From Azovibrio restrictus (GTDB lineage Bacteria; Bacteroidota; Bacteroidia; Chitinophagales; Chitinophagaceae): a stretch of 64,000 bases of DNA. Where the stretch lies: contig JANLJF010000039.1 of NCBI GenBank assembly GCA_029255605.1, positions 6,399 to 70,398 of the forward strand. The letters run 5' to 3'. The position numbers and the translations under genes are program-made. How positions within the stretch are numbered: position 1 is the first letter of the stretch; every line of letters begins with the position of its first letter. The notes under the pieces are model-generated. The model saw nothing but the letters and a program-made list of their open reading frames with translations. It was not told the DNA's origin and ran no database searches. This document shows positions 9,597 through 20,978 of this stretch, in pieces.

Positions 9597-10238
9597 ATGT
9601 TGCATATAAAGTCTTTTACTTTCAATGGTTTTCAGGAAAATAGCTATCTCATCGTAAACGACGACAAGGAGTGCTGGGCGGTGGACCCCGGTATGTACGA
9701 GGCCGGTGAAGTAAGCCAGTTCAAACAGTACTTATCTGCTAATAACCTGCAGTTAAAATCTATCATCAATACGCACACGCATATCGACCATATTTTTGGC
9801 GTGCAGGCACTGAAAAATGCTTATAACGTACCGTTTGGCATACACGAAAAAGACTTGCCTGTGTTGGGCGGTGCCGTTGGTTCGGCCATGCTGTTCGGCT
9901 TCAACTTTCCTATGGCACCCGTACCTGATTTTTACATAACAGATGGCACACCATTGATGCTGGGTAAAGATGAGATAGAAGTTCGCTTTACACCCGGCCA
10001 TTCTCCCGGCAGTGTTTCCTTTTATTATCCTGAGGGCAAATGGGTGCTGAGCGGCGATGTTCTTTTTAACGGCAGCATCGGGCGGACGGACCTGCCCGGC
10101 GGCAGTTTTGATACACTCATCGGTAGCATCAAAGGGCAATTGCTTTCCTTGCCCGATGACACAACTGTTTATTCAGGACATGGGCCTGCCACCACCATCG
10201 GCAACGAACGACTATATAACCCCTTCCTGTTACATTAG
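9597..10238 (+). CDS. MBL-fold metallo-hydrolase (glyoxalase II-like)
   Basis: THTHIDH, TPGHSPG, SGDVLF.GSIGRTDLPGG, SGHGP.TTIG.ER. Confidence 0.92.
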   Translation: MLHIKSFTFNGFQENSYLIVNDDKECWAVDPGMYEAGEVSQFKQYLSANNLQLKSIINTHTHIDHIFGVQALKNAYNVPFGIHEKDLPVLGGAVGSAMLFGFNFPMAPVPDFYITDGTPLMLGKDEIEVRFTPGHSPGSVSFYYPEGKWVLSGDVLFNGSIGRTDLPGGSFDTLIGSIKGQLLSLPDDTTVYSGHGPATTIGNERLYNPFLLH

Positions 10239-10334
10239 TCTTTTTTAACATTGTATTAGGTTCGTTTTAACGCTTCTTTGGGAGCGAAAAAGGTTTTGTG
10301 CGCTTTACTTTCGTGTCATCAAAAACACACAGAT

Positions 10335-11303
10335 ATGAAAAGTGCCATCATCCCCGCATTAGCATTAGCAGTTTGCTGCAGTACGTCTGTATCTTTTGCC
10401 CAAGAAAGCAAGGGCAAGAGTAGCACTAAAGAAATATCGGAAGAAACTGTTGTCATCAAACGTAGTGGCGAAGGCAAAACCATTATTGAAATAAAAGACG
10501 GCAACGTGTATGTGAATGGTGATAACATAGCCACGGTAAAAGATATACAGAACAACCATACACGTAAGAAGATCATCATAGACAATGGCAATGATGCCGA
10601 CATAACGATGCCCTTCGGCGACAGGCAGGAGAATATTGTTATAACACGCAAGGCGATGCTGGGTGTATATACCAAACCTGATAATATGGACGGAGGAGCT
10701 GAAATAGAACGTGTAATGCCGAACAGCGCAGCCGCTGAGGCAGGGTTAAAAGCCGGCGATGTGATAACAAGTATAGATGGTAAGGCTATTAACAACGGTA
10801 AGGAACTGACAGAAATAATAGCCGATAAAGAAGCCGGTGAAAAAGTAACCATCAGCTACAAACGCAATGGTAAAGTGCAAAATGCTACAGCAGCCCTATC
10901 TAAGGCGCCCGGCATTAGTATACCTAGGGGCCGTCAATTCAACCCGTTTGAAGGCAATGGCGACATTCCTAATACCATGATGCGCCCATTCAGCTTCGAT
11001 ATTAATGACGCACCTTTTGAACCAAGCCCTAAAATGGGTGTAACGGTGGAAGATATGAATGATGGCGACGGTGTAAAAGTGCTGGACGTAAAACCATCTT
11101 CACCGGCCGCAGAAGCAGGCATCCGTAAAAATGACATCCTGAAAAAGCTGGATAATGAATCTATAAGTTCTATACAGGAACTACAAGATATACTGGGTGG
11201 TACCAGGAAGAACCAACCTCTAAAGCTTCAATACGAAAGAGAAGGAAACACGAATACAACCAATATTGTATTCCCCAAAAGCCTGAAGAAAAAAGACCTG
11301 TAA
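10335..11303 (+). CDS. Exported PDZ-domain protein (two PDZ domains)
   Basis: Signal peptide from MKSAII; two PDZ motifs (SAAAEAGLKAGDVI and SPAAEAGIRKNDIL); no protease domain seen. Confidence 0.8.
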   Translation: MKSAIIPALALAVCCSTSVSFAQESKGKSSTKEISEETVVIKRSGEGKTIIEIKDGNVYVNGDNIATVKDIQNNHTRKKIIIDNGNDADITMPFGDRQENIVITRKAMLGVYTKPDNMDGGAEIERVMPNSAAAEAGLKAGDVITSIDGKAINNGKELTEIIADKEAGEKVTISYKRNGKVQNATAALSKAPGISIPRGRQFNPFEGNGDIPNTMMRPFSFDINDAPFEPSPKMGVTVEDMNDGDGVKVLDVKPSSPAAEAGIRKNDILKKLDNESISSIQELQDILGGTRKNQPLKLQYEREGNTNTTNIVFPKSLKKKDL

Positions 11304-11336
11304 GGCTTTCAAAGTTTGTAAATGGTAAAAAAAGGT

Positions 11337-11363
11337 AAAAAGGCAGCTTTGGCTGCCCTTTTT
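11337..11363. terminator. Bidirectional hairpin terminator
   Basis: aaaaaggcagc-tttg-gctgcccttttt between convergent genes. Confidence 0.65.
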
Positions 11364-12093
11364 ATTTGTATATAACCAGTTCTTTCCCTTTTAAAATAGG
11401 CACTACAGGATGCAGATCGGGCGTAGCGCAATATTCCATATCACCTTGCAGCCCGTATGCAGACAAGCGTTTGTAATGCGAGCTATCGCGTAGAAAAGTA
11501 ATCGCATCGCCTTCTGCACTATGTTCAAACAGGTAATTAGCGGCACGCGCACTGTCGCAGTTAACAGAAAAATGGTCTTTAATTTTGTTTACGACGGCTC
11601 CGGCAAATAAGGTGTCCTCCAAGTTGAAACGATCTTTCCATGCAGCGCAACCCAGCAATACATTCTTCTTTTGCGCAACCAGGAAATCACATACAGCTGA
11701 TAAATTAAGGAAGGCGCCAGTGATAATGGTATCCGCATCTTTCACCATGTGCAGCAGGCGTGTACCATTTGTAGTAGTAAGTACCAGGCATCTATCGTTT
11801 ATAAATTCCTTAGGATATTCTGATGGAGAGTTGCCGTATTGCAAGCCTTCTGCTACTTTGCCATCGCGCTCCCCTGCCGTGATGCTGTTTTCTATACTGT
11901 TGCCCAGTTCAATGCATTCCTGCACGCTGGCTACGGGTATAACACAGGTGGCACCATTATGCAGCGCTGCTGCTATAGTAGATGTAGCACGGAACACATC
12001 GATAATAACAACTACTGCGCCCTTGGTATCGTATAAATGTAATAATGCAGGTGAAAGGCAAACTTCTAATTTGGGTAATGCGCTGTCAGACAT
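11362..12093 (-). CDS. comB: 2-phosphosulfolactate phosphatase family (ComB)
   Basis: VVIIDVFRATST, AGERDG, GNSP, LVLTTTNGT, EDTLFAG; start taken at MSDSALPK. Confidence 0.88.
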   Translation of the reverse strand: MSDSALPKLEVCLSPALLHLYDTKGAVVVIIDVFRATSTIAAALHNGATCVIPVASVQECIELGNSIENSITAGERDGKVAEGLQYGNSPSEYPKEFINDRCLVLTTTNGTRLLHMVKDADTIITGAFLNLSAVCDFLVAQKKNVLLGCAAWKDRFNLEDTLFAGAVVNKIKDHFSVNCDSARAANYLFEHSAEGDAITFLRDSSHYKRLSAYGLQGDMEYCATPDLHPVVPILKGKELVIYK

Positions 12094-12144
12094 CAATAAA
12101 TACTTAAAAAGAAATGTAGTGCAAGATACAGGCATCAGGCAAAT

Positions 12145-12177
12145 AAAAAAATCGCCACCTGATTAGGTGGCGATTTT
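12145..12177 (-). terminator. Terminator after gldN
   Basis: aaaatcgccacct-gatt-aggtggcgatttt, 13-bp stem with A/U tails. Confidence 0.75.
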
Positions 12178-12198
12178 CTGAGTATCATTCAAGTGGTA

Positions 12199-13107
12199 TT
12201 AATATACCCACAAATCGTGTTCTTTGTTGAATATCTGTTCTGCAGCTTTTTGTCCTTCATACAAAGCTTCCATATTGCTCATGCCTTTTTCTTTGAAAGA
12301 AAGGTCGAATGGATTGCTCATTTTGATGACGCGGCTGGCAAAATAGCGGTTTTCGAAGAATTCGTACCAACTCATACGCGCTACATCATTTTCAGGATTG
12401 AACACTTCATATTGAGCCAGCATCGGTGTTATTTCAGGATAGTATAACCAGAATACAGCCTGAGATGCACGGTAAGTACCATCATCATTGTATACGTCGC
12501 GTATAGGAGCGATACCGATTATCTGGTTGCGCATACGACCTGTATTCCTGTCTATAAACCAGTCTTCTTTGATACGGTATTTAGTCACCACATCAGGGTC
12601 AAACTCTTTTTGAGTGATTTTCACTGTTTCTTCGCCTGTTACAGGGTCAACAACCATGGTAGTATCTGGCTGGCCTATCAGCAATTCAAGGATTTGTTCC
12701 TTGGTAAGAGCTGTAGTAAACCTGTCATCCATGTTAGAATAGGCTTTGATTTTGCCATTCTTTACAGCATGCAGTATTATTTCGATGAAATAACCACCAC
12801 CAGTATAATCATCACCGGGATAGCGGAATGCCATGTTCTGCTTTTCGCGGATGTCTATCTCACGCCAGATCCTTTTTTTCCACATGATGTCAGCCTCGCG
12901 AACTGACTGTGGCGTCAAAGGGGTGTTGATGTGAGCTACCCTGTCATAAACCCCATCTCTTACCAAAGATGGTTTCCAGTCGTCTTTAACACCATCAAGG
13001 CTGTTATAACCAGAAACAGCAGGGTCTGCAGTTTGAGCGAATGATACACTGCTTGCTAAAAGTAAAGCAGCGGTAGCAGCAATTCTATATGATCTACGGA
13101 TACTCAT
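12199..13107 (-). CDS. gldN: Gliding motility / T9SS protein GldN (PorN)
   Basis: VREADIMWKKRIWREID.REK.N, KEDWF.D, IIGIAP, FWLYYP, FENRYF, KEHDLW.Y; last gene of the gldKLMN operon. Confidence 0.92.
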   Translation of the reverse strand: MSIRRSYRIAATAALLLASSVSFAQTADPAVSGYNSLDGVKDDWKPSLVRDGVYDRVAHINTPLTPQSVREADIMWKKRIWREIDIREKQNMAFRYPGDDYTGGGYFIEIILHAVKNGKIKAYSNMDDRFTTALTKEQILELLIGQPDTTMVVDPVTGEETVKITQKEFDPDVVTKYRIKEDWFIDRNTGRMRNQIIGIAPIRDVYNDDGTYRASQAVFWLYYPEITPMLAQYEVFNPENDVARMSWYEFFENRYFASRVIKMSNPFDLSFKEKGMSNMEALYEGQKAAEQIFNKEHDLWVY

Positions 13108-13146
13108 AATCCTGAAACGATTTGCTAATTATTAAAGTTAGTAAAA

Positions 13147-14694
13147 TTACTGAATAAGAGTTATGCCTACAGTATTGAGCGAACGCGTTGTACCGTCGGG
13201 GCCTCTCGCTTTAATCTCTTCAAAATAAAGTTTATCGCCAATTTTTGCCCTACCAATAGCATCTACCACTTGCTTGTTATCACTAAACCTTGCACTTTTC
13301 ACAGCGAACGGACCAATAGGCTCTCCACGCTTAGGAACAAGGCTGAATTCGAAGCTGGTAACTACGAAACGAGCATCAAAATCGAAGTTTTCAAGAGCTG
13401 CCTGGATACCCAGCTGAGCTTTGAACTCGTTACTAGGAACACGGCCACCACTATATTTACCAATCTTAGCTACCGGGTCAGGTATACGTTTTACGCGTAT
13501 TTCCTGTCCGCCCACTCTTTTAGTACCTGTGGCAGTTTTAGCATTGATGTCTGCCATTACTTTACCTGGTTTCGTAACCATTACTTCGTAGTGGCCCTTG
13601 CCTTCCAGTGGCTTAACTGTTGCATCTGGTATATTTACCGATACATCTTCCAGCGAATAACCTGCAGCAGAAACTGTTATCGGGTTAGGTACACCAATGT
13701 AAAACACGTTCATTTTATCCAGCTGCATAGAGGCACCTTCTGAACCCACCATGTAAGTGAACTCATAGTCGCGTGTTTCAACACGGCCACCCATATCCAG
13801 TGTCACTTTACCACGAACGGTTTGCAGACCAACACCGGATGCTGAAGTTTCCCAAGAGGCTACACCATTTTCAACTTTAGCTACACGGCCAGAGCTTGAA
13901 GAAACCTGAGGGTTAACAGCTTTATTATAAGCTGCCAGCATGATGCTAGCCTCTACTTTCTGTCCAGCCAGCACATAGCTGTTTTTAGGAACCGCTATAG
14001 CTTGTATTTCGTCGAATTTAACCTGAATGTCGCCTGCTTCCCTGGCCAACTGGTTGATGATTACAGCTTCACTATTCCTTACGTCATTCTGAAACTTAGA
14101 AAGCAATGTAACAACAGCCATTGTAGGCATGTTATAGAAATAACCTGTAGCCCAGTCTGCGCGTGGATTGTTATCTGTTTTTTCTGGCTCCACCACTTTA
14201 ATAGGCAGTTCTTTCATGAATTGCTCCTTGAACTTAGGATCAATAACACTCACCATCATATCACGCAGATCGTTCAGCTTCTTTTTTATCTCATCACCAC
14301 CTTTTTTCTCTACTAAGAGCAAAGTACTGGCATCGATATTATCTTGTCTTTTAATCTCACCATTTTCCTCTTTACCACCAGACTCTTCGATTATCTTATT
14401 TTTCCAGTCTTCCAGATATTTGATCATGCTGGCAGCTTGTGCCTTTACCTGATCTGCTTTCTGATTGAAAGGACGCATACGTTCTTCCTGGCCAGCTTGC
14501 GATTCCTGATCTTTCATGCTTTTATATAAAGCATCGTTCTTCTGCTCGATAGAAGCATTAGAGGCAGTAATACTCTGGTTAATGGTTTTAAACGCATGCA
14601 GGATTTCAGAGGATACGTTTAGGGCCAGCATGGCAGTCAACACCAAGTACATGAGGTTGATCATTAACTGCCGCGGCTCTTTAGGCATTGACAT
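13147..14694 (-). CDS. gldM: Gliding motility / T9SS motor protein GldM (PorM)
   Basis: PKEPRQ.MINLMYLVLTAMLALNVS.EIL signature; MNVFYIGVPNPI.VS; VK..PDP. Confidence 0.95.
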   Translation of the reverse strand: MSMPKEPRQLMINLMYLVLTAMLALNVSSEILHAFKTINQSITASNASIEQKNDALYKSMKDQESQAGQEERMRPFNQKADQVKAQAASMIKYLEDWKNKIIEESGGKEENGEIKRQDNIDASTLLLVEKKGGDEIKKKLNDLRDMMVSVIDPKFKEQFMKELPIKVVEPEKTDNNPRADWATGYFYNMPTMAVVTLLSKFQNDVRNSEAVIINQLAREAGDIQVKFDEIQAIAVPKNSYVLAGQKVEASIMLAAYNKAVNPQVSSSSGRVAKVENGVASWETSASGVGLQTVRGKVTLDMGGRVETRDYEFTYMVGSEGASMQLDKMNVFYIGVPNPITVSAAGYSLEDVSVNIPDATVKPLEGKGHYEVMVTKPGKVMADINAKTATGTKRVGGQEIRVKRIPDPVAKIGKYSGGRVPSNEFKAQLGIQAALENFDFDARFVVTSFEFSLVPKRGEPIGPFAVKSARFSDNKQVVDAIGRAKIGDKLYFEEIKARGPDGTTRSLNTVGITLIQ

Positions 14695-14754
14695 GCTGCA
14701 AAAAATTTAGGGAGTTACTTAAATTAATTTCTTTACTTATTATCAATGCTTGAA

Positions 14755-15573
14755 TTAGCGTCCTTGCATAGCAGCCAGCATGTTGCCATATATCTGGTTC
14801 AGCGTTGTCAGGTTTTTAGACAGCTGTGCTATTTGCTCCTTCGCAGCTACTGCATCTGTAGCGCTTGATGCCATTGCATCTGATGCACTTACCAGGTTGC
14901 TGTAGAATTTATTCATTGCTTTCAGGTGGTTGTTTGCATCTTGCAGTTCCACTTCATATATCTGGTTCAGAGAACCCAGGTTTCTTGAAAGCACTACTAC
15001 TTGCTCGTGGAATTTAGCTGTGTCTTCAGCAGCATTATTAAATGATGCCATAGTATTAGACGCACCCACGAAAGTATTTTTCATTTCGCCCAGAGCACTT
15101 GCAGCTTCACGCGCACTTTGAGAGTACTCACCTGTTGCAGCCGTAACGTCAGAGATATCTTTTATCTGTTCAACCACCACACCAAAGCGTTGGAAGTTTT
15201 CACCCAGTTTGCGGATGTTAGCAGGTGTGATCTGTGCATCTTCCATCATTTTATCTAAAGAAGCGCCCGGAGATACTTTACCTGCACCAGAATCAAATTT
15301 TGTTCCTTTACGGTAAGCTTCCACATGTGGATTTTCATCCAGATTGGGGTAGAAGCGTTCCCAATAGTAATCTTTATGAGGTGGGAGCAAACCAAGCAGT
15401 GCAAAGATGAATGCTTCGGTAAGCATACCCGCTGTCAACATCACACCCGCACCTGGCCAGTGTTGGATTTTAAAGAGTGCTCCCATCAGTACCACAGAGG
15501 CACCCAGACCAATGATCAGGTTTTTAATATACTTACCCTGTTTGGTTTCGAAAAACAGTGCTACAGAACCCAT
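14755..15573 (-). CDS. gldL: Gliding motility / T9SS motor protein GldL (PorL)
   Basis: GLGASVVLMGALFKIQHWPGA, TEAFIF, YYWERFYP.L, C-terminal L..LNQIYGNML.AM. Confidence 0.95.
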   Translation of the reverse strand: MGSVALFFETKQGKYIKNLIIGLGASVVLMGALFKIQHWPGAGVMLTAGMLTEAFIFALLGLLPPHKDYYWERFYPNLDENPHVEAYRKGTKFDSGAGKVSPGASLDKMMEDAQITPANIRKLGENFQRFGVVVEQIKDISDVTAATGEYSQSAREAASALGEMKNTFVGASNTMASFNNAAEDTAKFHEQVVVLSRNLGSLNQIYEVELQDANNHLKAMNKFYSNLVSASDAMASSATDAVAAKEQIAQLSKNLTTLNQIYGNMLAAMQGR

Positions 15574-15632
15574 TTTATTTTGTTTTTCTTAAAGGTTGAA
15601 AAATTACTGATTAAAATTTATAGTTATTTATA

Positions 15633-16889
15633 TTAACGCCTGTTGGTTAATGCAGGTGCAATTTGACCGTAAACGCAACGGAAACCAATATACGCTTTTG
15701 CAGTATCTGCATATTCATAATCGCGTGTACCATTTTGCAGGTAGAACGCCACATCGCGCCAGCTACCACCACGCAATACCTTACGACGCATCCACTGAGG
15801 ATCGTTTTCGCGTATTTTATAGTCTACTACAGGATTCAGATCTGATGTAGTTGAATAAGCTGTACCGAAGTATGAGCTGGCAGTCCACTCGGCCACATTA
15901 CCGGCCATGTTGTACAGGCCATAATCGTTTGGCCAGTAGCGGTCAACAGGTACTGTGTACAAACCACCGTCTGCAGCGTAATTACCACGTTGAGGCTTGA
16001 AGTTGGCCAGGTAACAACCTTTTTTGTTAACCAGGTACGGACCACCCCAAGGATAGGGAGACTCTGTACGGCCACCGCGTGCAGCATATTCCCATTCTTC
16101 TTCTCCAGGCAATCTGAACTCGCCTTCGAAATACAGTTTGTTCCTTTCGCGGTCTTGCTTCCACAGCATGGTACGCCAGTTACAGAATGCATTTGCCTGG
16201 TGCCAGTTAACACCCACTACAGGGTATTGGTTAAAGGCAGGGAACCAGTTGTATTGCAAAGCAATTGGCTCATTATAAGAATAGGACAGTTGCTTTACCC
16301 AAACAGTAGTATCGGGGTAGATAGCCACATCATATTTCCTTTTGAAGTTGCTAGCAGCTTGACCGGCGTTCTTTACGTTCTCGCTATAATCATAGGTTTC
16401 GTAGTGATAAACCAGCTTAGAATTGTCAAATTCTTTTTTACCCCAGCCGCTTTGTTCAGCAGGGATGTACATAGCCGCCAGTTGATCCTGCAGGTCCGGA
16501 TCCCTCCAGTTTATCCGCTTCCTCATATCCAGGCGCTGGTTACCATCAGCGTCGTCTATAAAGTCGCCCAGCGTAGTGTGCGCTATAGAGTCACGAACCC
16601 AATTGGTAAATTGGCGGTATTCAGCATTTGAGATTTCTGTCGCATCCATGTAAAAACCTGTCATCTGCGCTGTGCGTATCATCGCATCATTCCTTCCGCG
16701 AACATCTTCGTCACTTGCTCCCATTTTAAAAATTCCAGACGGTACATACACCATGCCTAGCGGAACAGGGGGCCTGTATGTCATCATTGTAGGTTCACCT
16801 ACAAGCTGACCTCCGTTACCCGGTTTTCCGCAGCTGGCAGCCAGTGCTAGTAATGCTACAGCCGAGATCTTCAGGGAAAGTTGTTTCAT
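15633..16889 (-). CDS. gldK: Gliding motility / T9SS lipoprotein GldK (PorK)
   Basis: Lipobox LAASC, FGE-sulfatase fold (FRLP.EEEWEYAARGG, NDYGLYNMAGNVAEWT, IGFRCV); start at MKQLSLK. Confidence 0.93.
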   Translation of the reverse strand: MKQLSLKISAVALLALAASCGKPGNGGQLVGEPTMMTYRPPVPLGMVYVPSGIFKMGASDEDVRGRNDAMIRTAQMTGFYMDATEISNAEYRQFTNWVRDSIAHTTLGDFIDDADGNQRLDMRKRINWRDPDLQDQLAAMYIPAEQSGWGKKEFDNSKLVYHYETYDYSENVKNAGQAASNFKRKYDVAIYPDTTVWVKQLSYSYNEPIALQYNWFPAFNQYPVVGVNWHQANAFCNWRTMLWKQDRERNKLYFEGEFRLPGEEEWEYAARGGRTESPYPWGGPYLVNKKGCYLANFKPQRGNYAADGGLYTVPVDRYWPNDYGLYNMAGNVAEWTASSYFGTAYSTTSDLNPVVDYKIRENDPQWMRRKVLRGGSWRDVAFYLQNGTRDYEYADTAKAYIGFRCVYGQIAPALTNRR

Positions 16890-17068
16890 ACTACTGTTAT
16901 TATTGTTTTTGCGATTAGGCAAATAAAGTAATTTTTTTGGCTTGCAGGTAGTTTTCCCTACAAAACCGTTGCACAATATTTAAAGATTTTTCCAAAAATG
17001 CAAGCTTCAAAAAAAAATTTGTTAAGAATTTCAAAACCCTGTAAAACTGCATTTTAGTTCAAAGTAAA

Positions 17069-19099
17069 TCAATCTGCTGACATATGCAAATGCTTCAAAA
17101 CCTGCGCTATATCGGCTATTGGCGGCAAACATGCATCATCTGTACATATATATACCCTTGTTTCTTTCCCGGAATATTTGCCTTTCAGCATCGGAATTTC
17201 AGATATTTCTTTTTTTGAAGTGAGCAAAAAGGCGCCCGGCAGCATTTCCTTTTCCAGTTCCTTTTTGCCGGTTTCCCAACCCTCCCCCATACCTGCTACC
17301 GTCTTTATACCGTACACATATTGTTGCAATAAACACGCCCAGTAGCCAAACGAGGTAGTGTACCTGCCTGCAGATGATGCCATACGCTGCAGCATAATAT
17401 ATGCTTGCTCTATCCATTCCGTACGCTCCATCGCAATACCTAAAAGGTACAGATTGTGCGCCATTACTGCATTGGCAGATGGTGTAGCCCCATCGTAAAT
17501 ATCTACTTTACGCACAGGTATATCGTTTTGCAGGGATGATGTGTAATAAAAGAACGAACTGCTTTCATGTTGAAATTCACTTAGTACTTTCTGCACCACC
17601 TCATCTGCTTTCAGCAGCCATGTTTCATCGCCGCTTACAGATGCCAGTTGCAGCAGTGCCTGTACGAGGTAAGCATAATCATCCAGGTTGGCAGCGATGC
17701 GGGCATTCCCTTGTTTCCATATATGCACAAGGCCGTTACTTGTTTGGAAAGCTTGCAGCATCCATTCCATATGCGCTACTGCTCTTTGACGGTAAGTTTC
17801 ATCCTGCAGGGCTTGTGCTGCTTTGCACAAGGCAATATTCATCAGGGCATTCCAGGATAATAGACCTTTGTCATCTGTAAGCGGGCGAATGCGTTTATTT
17901 CTTGCTGCTAATAATTTTTGTTTTGCCGCTTCTATTTTTTGCGTTACTACTGCTTCAGGCATATCATAGCGCATTGCCACAGATGCTATCGGCTCTGCCA
18001 CGTGCAGGATATTTATATGTTCCCAATTGCCTTCTTCTGACACGCCGAAACAGGCTTGCAGCACTTCATCTTCACCTATTATTTCCTTCCATTCATCCCA
18101 TGTCCATGTATAAAATTTACCCTCTACACCTTCGCTATCTGCATCTATGGCACTATAGTATCCCCCACCCGGTTCCCTTAATTCTTTTTCTACAAAACCA
18201 ATGATTTCTTCTATAGCAATTTTATATTTCTTATCCTTATTAATGCTATAGGCTTCTGCCAGTGATATTACCAGCAAAGCATTGTCGTAAAGCATTTTCT
18301 CAAAGTGTGGTATCAGCCAGTTATCATCTGTAGCATAACGTGCCAGCCCACCACCCAATTGGTCATAAATGCCCCCTTCTATCATAGCATCCAGGCTTTT
18401 GAATGCGTGTTGCAAAGCTTCTTTATTACCTGTATACCGATAGTGCTGCAACAGGTAAGAGATAGACATTGTGCCCGGAAATTTCGGTGCCCTGCCGAAG
18501 CCACCTTTCTCCTTATCGGCATGTTTCAGCAGGTTTTCAGCCATCAGGGTGCAGGTGTTTTTATCCCACTTCTCCCCTTTTGCTGTAGTGCCTATGGCAG
18601 ATGCCTGTTTCAGGTATTGCAGCATCTGGCTGGTTTGTGTTTCTACCTCACCCGGTTGCTCTGTCCATATTTCATGCATGCGCTGCAGCAACTGCAGCCA
18701 CGATGGACGGCCATAAGCAGGCCGGGGCGGAAAATAAGTGCCTCCATAAAAAGGCACCCTGCCGGGCGTAACGAACACATTTAATGGCCAGCCGCCGCTA
18801 CCGCTTATGGCCTGTACGGCATCCATATACAGGTGGTCTACATCAGGGTGTTCTTCCCTGTCTACCTTGATGTTGATGAAGTGTTCGTTCATATATGCCG
18901 CCACCTCCTTGTCCTCAAAGCTTTCGCGCTCCATTACATGGCACCAGTGACAGGCGGCGTACCCAATGCTTACCAGCACCGGTTTATGCTCTCTTTCAGC
19001 CCTTTCAAAGGCCTCATCACCCCATGCATACCAATTGACGGGGTTGTGGGCATGTTGCAGTAAATACGGGCTTAATTCTTTTGCGAGTTGGTTGGGCAT
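17069..19099 (-). CDS. Thioredoxin-domain protein, YyaL/SPATA20 family
   Basis: [55 protein letters not shown]. Confidence 0.92.
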   Translation of the reverse strand: MPNQLAKELSPYLLQHAHNPVNWYAWGDEAFERAEREHKPVLVSIGYAACHWCHVMERESFEDKEVAAYMNEHFINIKVDREEHPDVDHLYMDAVQAISGSGGWPLNVFVTPGRVPFYGGTYFPPRPAYGRPSWLQLLQRMHEIWTEQPGEVETQTSQMLQYLKQASAIGTTAKGEKWDKNTCTLMAENLLKHADKEKGGFGRAPKFPGTMSISYLLQHYRYTGNKEALQHAFKSLDAMIEGGIYDQLGGGLARYATDDNWLIPHFEKMLYDNALLVISLAEAYSINKDKKYKIAIEEIIGFVEKELREPGGGYYSAIDADSEGVEGKFYTWTWDEWKEIIGEDEVLQACFGVSEEGNWEHINILHVAEPIASVAMRYDMPEAVVTQKIEAAKQKLLAARNKRIRPLTDDKGLLSWNALMNIALCKAAQALQDETYRQRAVAHMEWMLQAFQTSNGLVHIWKQGNARIAANLDDYAYLVQALLQLASVSGDETWLLKADEVVQKVLSEFQHESSSFFYYTSSLQNDIPVRKVDIYDGATPSANAVMAHNLYLLGIAMERTEWIEQAYIMLQRMASSAGRYTTSFGYWACLLQQYVYGIKTVAGMGEGWETGKKELEKEMLPGAFLLTSKKEISEIPMLKGKYSGKETRVYICTDDACLPPIADIAQVLKHLHMSAD

Positions 19100-19212
19100 C
19101 TATCTAAAATTAAATAAGAAAACAGTGGAAAAAGCATTTTCATTGTTTAACCAAAAGTTAAAAAGAAAATGGCCCAACAAATGTTGAGCCATGTACAAAT
19201 CAGTATGAATTT

Positions 19213-20013
19213 CTATTTCTTTAAATCTACCAGGTATTTTTCCAATGCCGATACCATAGAGGGGGCATTGGGAGCCGGAGCTTTAATGTCCAGCCTCAGG
19301 CCTGCATCTTCAATAGCTTTGGAAGTAGTAGGGCCGAAAGCACCTATCAGTGTACCGTTCTGTTTAAACTCAGGATCGTAATCGAACAACGTTTGTACGC
19401 TGAACGGGCTGAAGAATACGATCATATCATGATGCTCCTTCATTATCGGCCCGATATCATTAGATACCATGCGATATAGCGTCGCCTCAGAGAACTGAAT
19501 ATTATGACCTGCCAGGAACTGTGCAATATCATTCTTGCCATTATCGGACGTAGGCAGTATGAATTTTTCGTTATGCTTGTGCTTACCTATTACCTCCAGC
19601 AGGCCATCGGTGCTGCCATCGGGCGAAAAGAATACTTTACGCTTGCGGTACAGGATGAACTTTTGCAGATATAGGGCTACGGCCTCCGTAACGCAGAAAT
19701 ATTTCATTTCCTGCGAAACCTTCACTTTCAATTCTTCGCAGATGCGAAAGAAATGGTCTACTGCATTGCGGCTGTTGAAAATGATGGCTGTGTGTTCTGC
19801 TACATCTATGCGTTGCTTACGAAAGTCTTTGCCACTCAGGCCTTCTACCCTGATGAACGGGTGGAAAGCAAGGTTTACCTCATATTTTTTAGCAAGGTCG
19901 AAGTAGGGAGATTTTTCCGTTTCAGGCCTAGGTTGGGTAATAAGTATACTACCTACCTTCGGCGACTCCTTTTTCCCGGTGCTCTTAGTCTGTGTACGTT
20001 CAGATTTTGCCAT
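19213..20013 (-). CDS. hemD: Uroporphyrinogen-III synthase (Bacteroidetes type)
   Basis: ILITQP.PE..KSPYFDLAKKY, F.PFIRVEG, FNSRNAVDHFFR.CEE, DMIVFFSP. Confidence 0.85.
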   Translation of the reverse strand: MAKSERTQTKSTGKKESPKVGSILITQPRPETEKSPYFDLAKKYEVNLAFHPFIRVEGLSGKDFRKQRIDVAEHTAIIFNSRNAVDHFFRICEELKVKVSQEMKYFCVTEAVALYLQKFILYRKRKVFFSPDGSTDGLLEVIGKHKHNEKFILPTSDNGKNDIAQFLAGHNIQFSEATLYRMVSNDIGPIMKEHHDMIVFFSPFSVQTLFDYDPEFKQNGTLIGAFGPTTSKAIEDAGLRLDIKAPAPNAPSMVSALEKYLVDLKK

Positions 20014-20071
20014 ATGGGGGTTAAAAACGGGTTTTATATGTTAACAATGCTACGGGAGCACTCAACAAGTG

Positions 20072-20944
20072 TTACAGCAATCCTCGTACCAATAGTTTCA
20101 TTAACACTGCCAGCGGCAATATTTCCGAGGCGCAAAGGTACGTAAAAAAATGAAACTTGCTGTATTGGAAGAATGAGCCGAATACCTGCCACGACCTGAT
20201 GTATCTGTTTATGAACAGCAAGGCTATAACAATAACGGAAACAATCACCGCAGGGCCTGCAAGTGCGGCCGACCCGAAAGCCATGACAATAACAAAGGGC
20301 AGCAGGGATATGGCTATTATTTTATTGACAAGGAAAATATTGAATATGTAGTATTCTGAAATATTATCAATTTTAAAAGCCCAGCCGCTGAACCGTATCA
20401 CTATATATTTAGCCGCGTATATCAGCATTACCCCTGCTACCAGCATAGGTACCAGTGTAGACGGTGATACAGAGCCGGTGCGTTGGGGAATATTGATACG
20501 GGCCAAGTAGTATAAGTATGCACCTACAACAAGGGCAAAAAACAGATTCATGACTATATTCTGTACCACAGAAACCTCCAGCTGCTCTTTTGCAGCCCTG
20601 CCCTGGCTGGGATTGCGAAATACGCGCCACATATTGCCGAAATACCTTGGGTCGCCATAACGCACAACACCCAACATCATGCAAAGCAGTAGCAACAGGT
20701 AAAAATCCCAGGTTTTATCTACCATCACGCGGGTATGCTCTATGGCTGAAATAGTTGTTTTAGAAGACAGGAACATGTTTTTTGCCAGCAGGCTATCCAT
20801 GTGCTTCGCTGTAGCCTGTGCCATTCCTACGCTGTCGGCAGGCAGTACCACACCATATTTTGCTGGCGATACCTTTGCGAAGGCCGCAATGCTGAGGAAA
20901 GAAAATACCAGTGTATAAAGTAAAATCCGGACGTATGTACGCAT
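20072..20944 (-). CDS. DUF4271-like membrane protein
   Basis: Multiple TM helices, C-terminal FHFFTYLCASEILP motif, usual position next to hemD. Confidence 0.75.
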   Translation of the reverse strand: MRTYVRILLYTLVFSFLSIAAFAKVSPAKYGVVLPADSVGMAQATAKHMDSLLAKNMFLSSKTTISAIEHTRVMVDKTWDFYLLLLLCMMLGVVRYGDPRYFGNMWRVFRNPSQGRAAKEQLEVSVVQNIVMNLFFALVVGAYLYYLARINIPQRTGSVSPSTLVPMLVAGVMLIYAAKYIVIRFSGWAFKIDNISEYYIFNIFLVNKIIAISLLPFVIVMAFGSAALAGPAVIVSVIVIALLFINRYIRSWQVFGSFFQYSKFHFFTYLCASEILPLAVLMKLLVRGLL

Positions 20945-20978
20945 GTATCAGAGAACAAAGGTAGTACTATAAACAAAG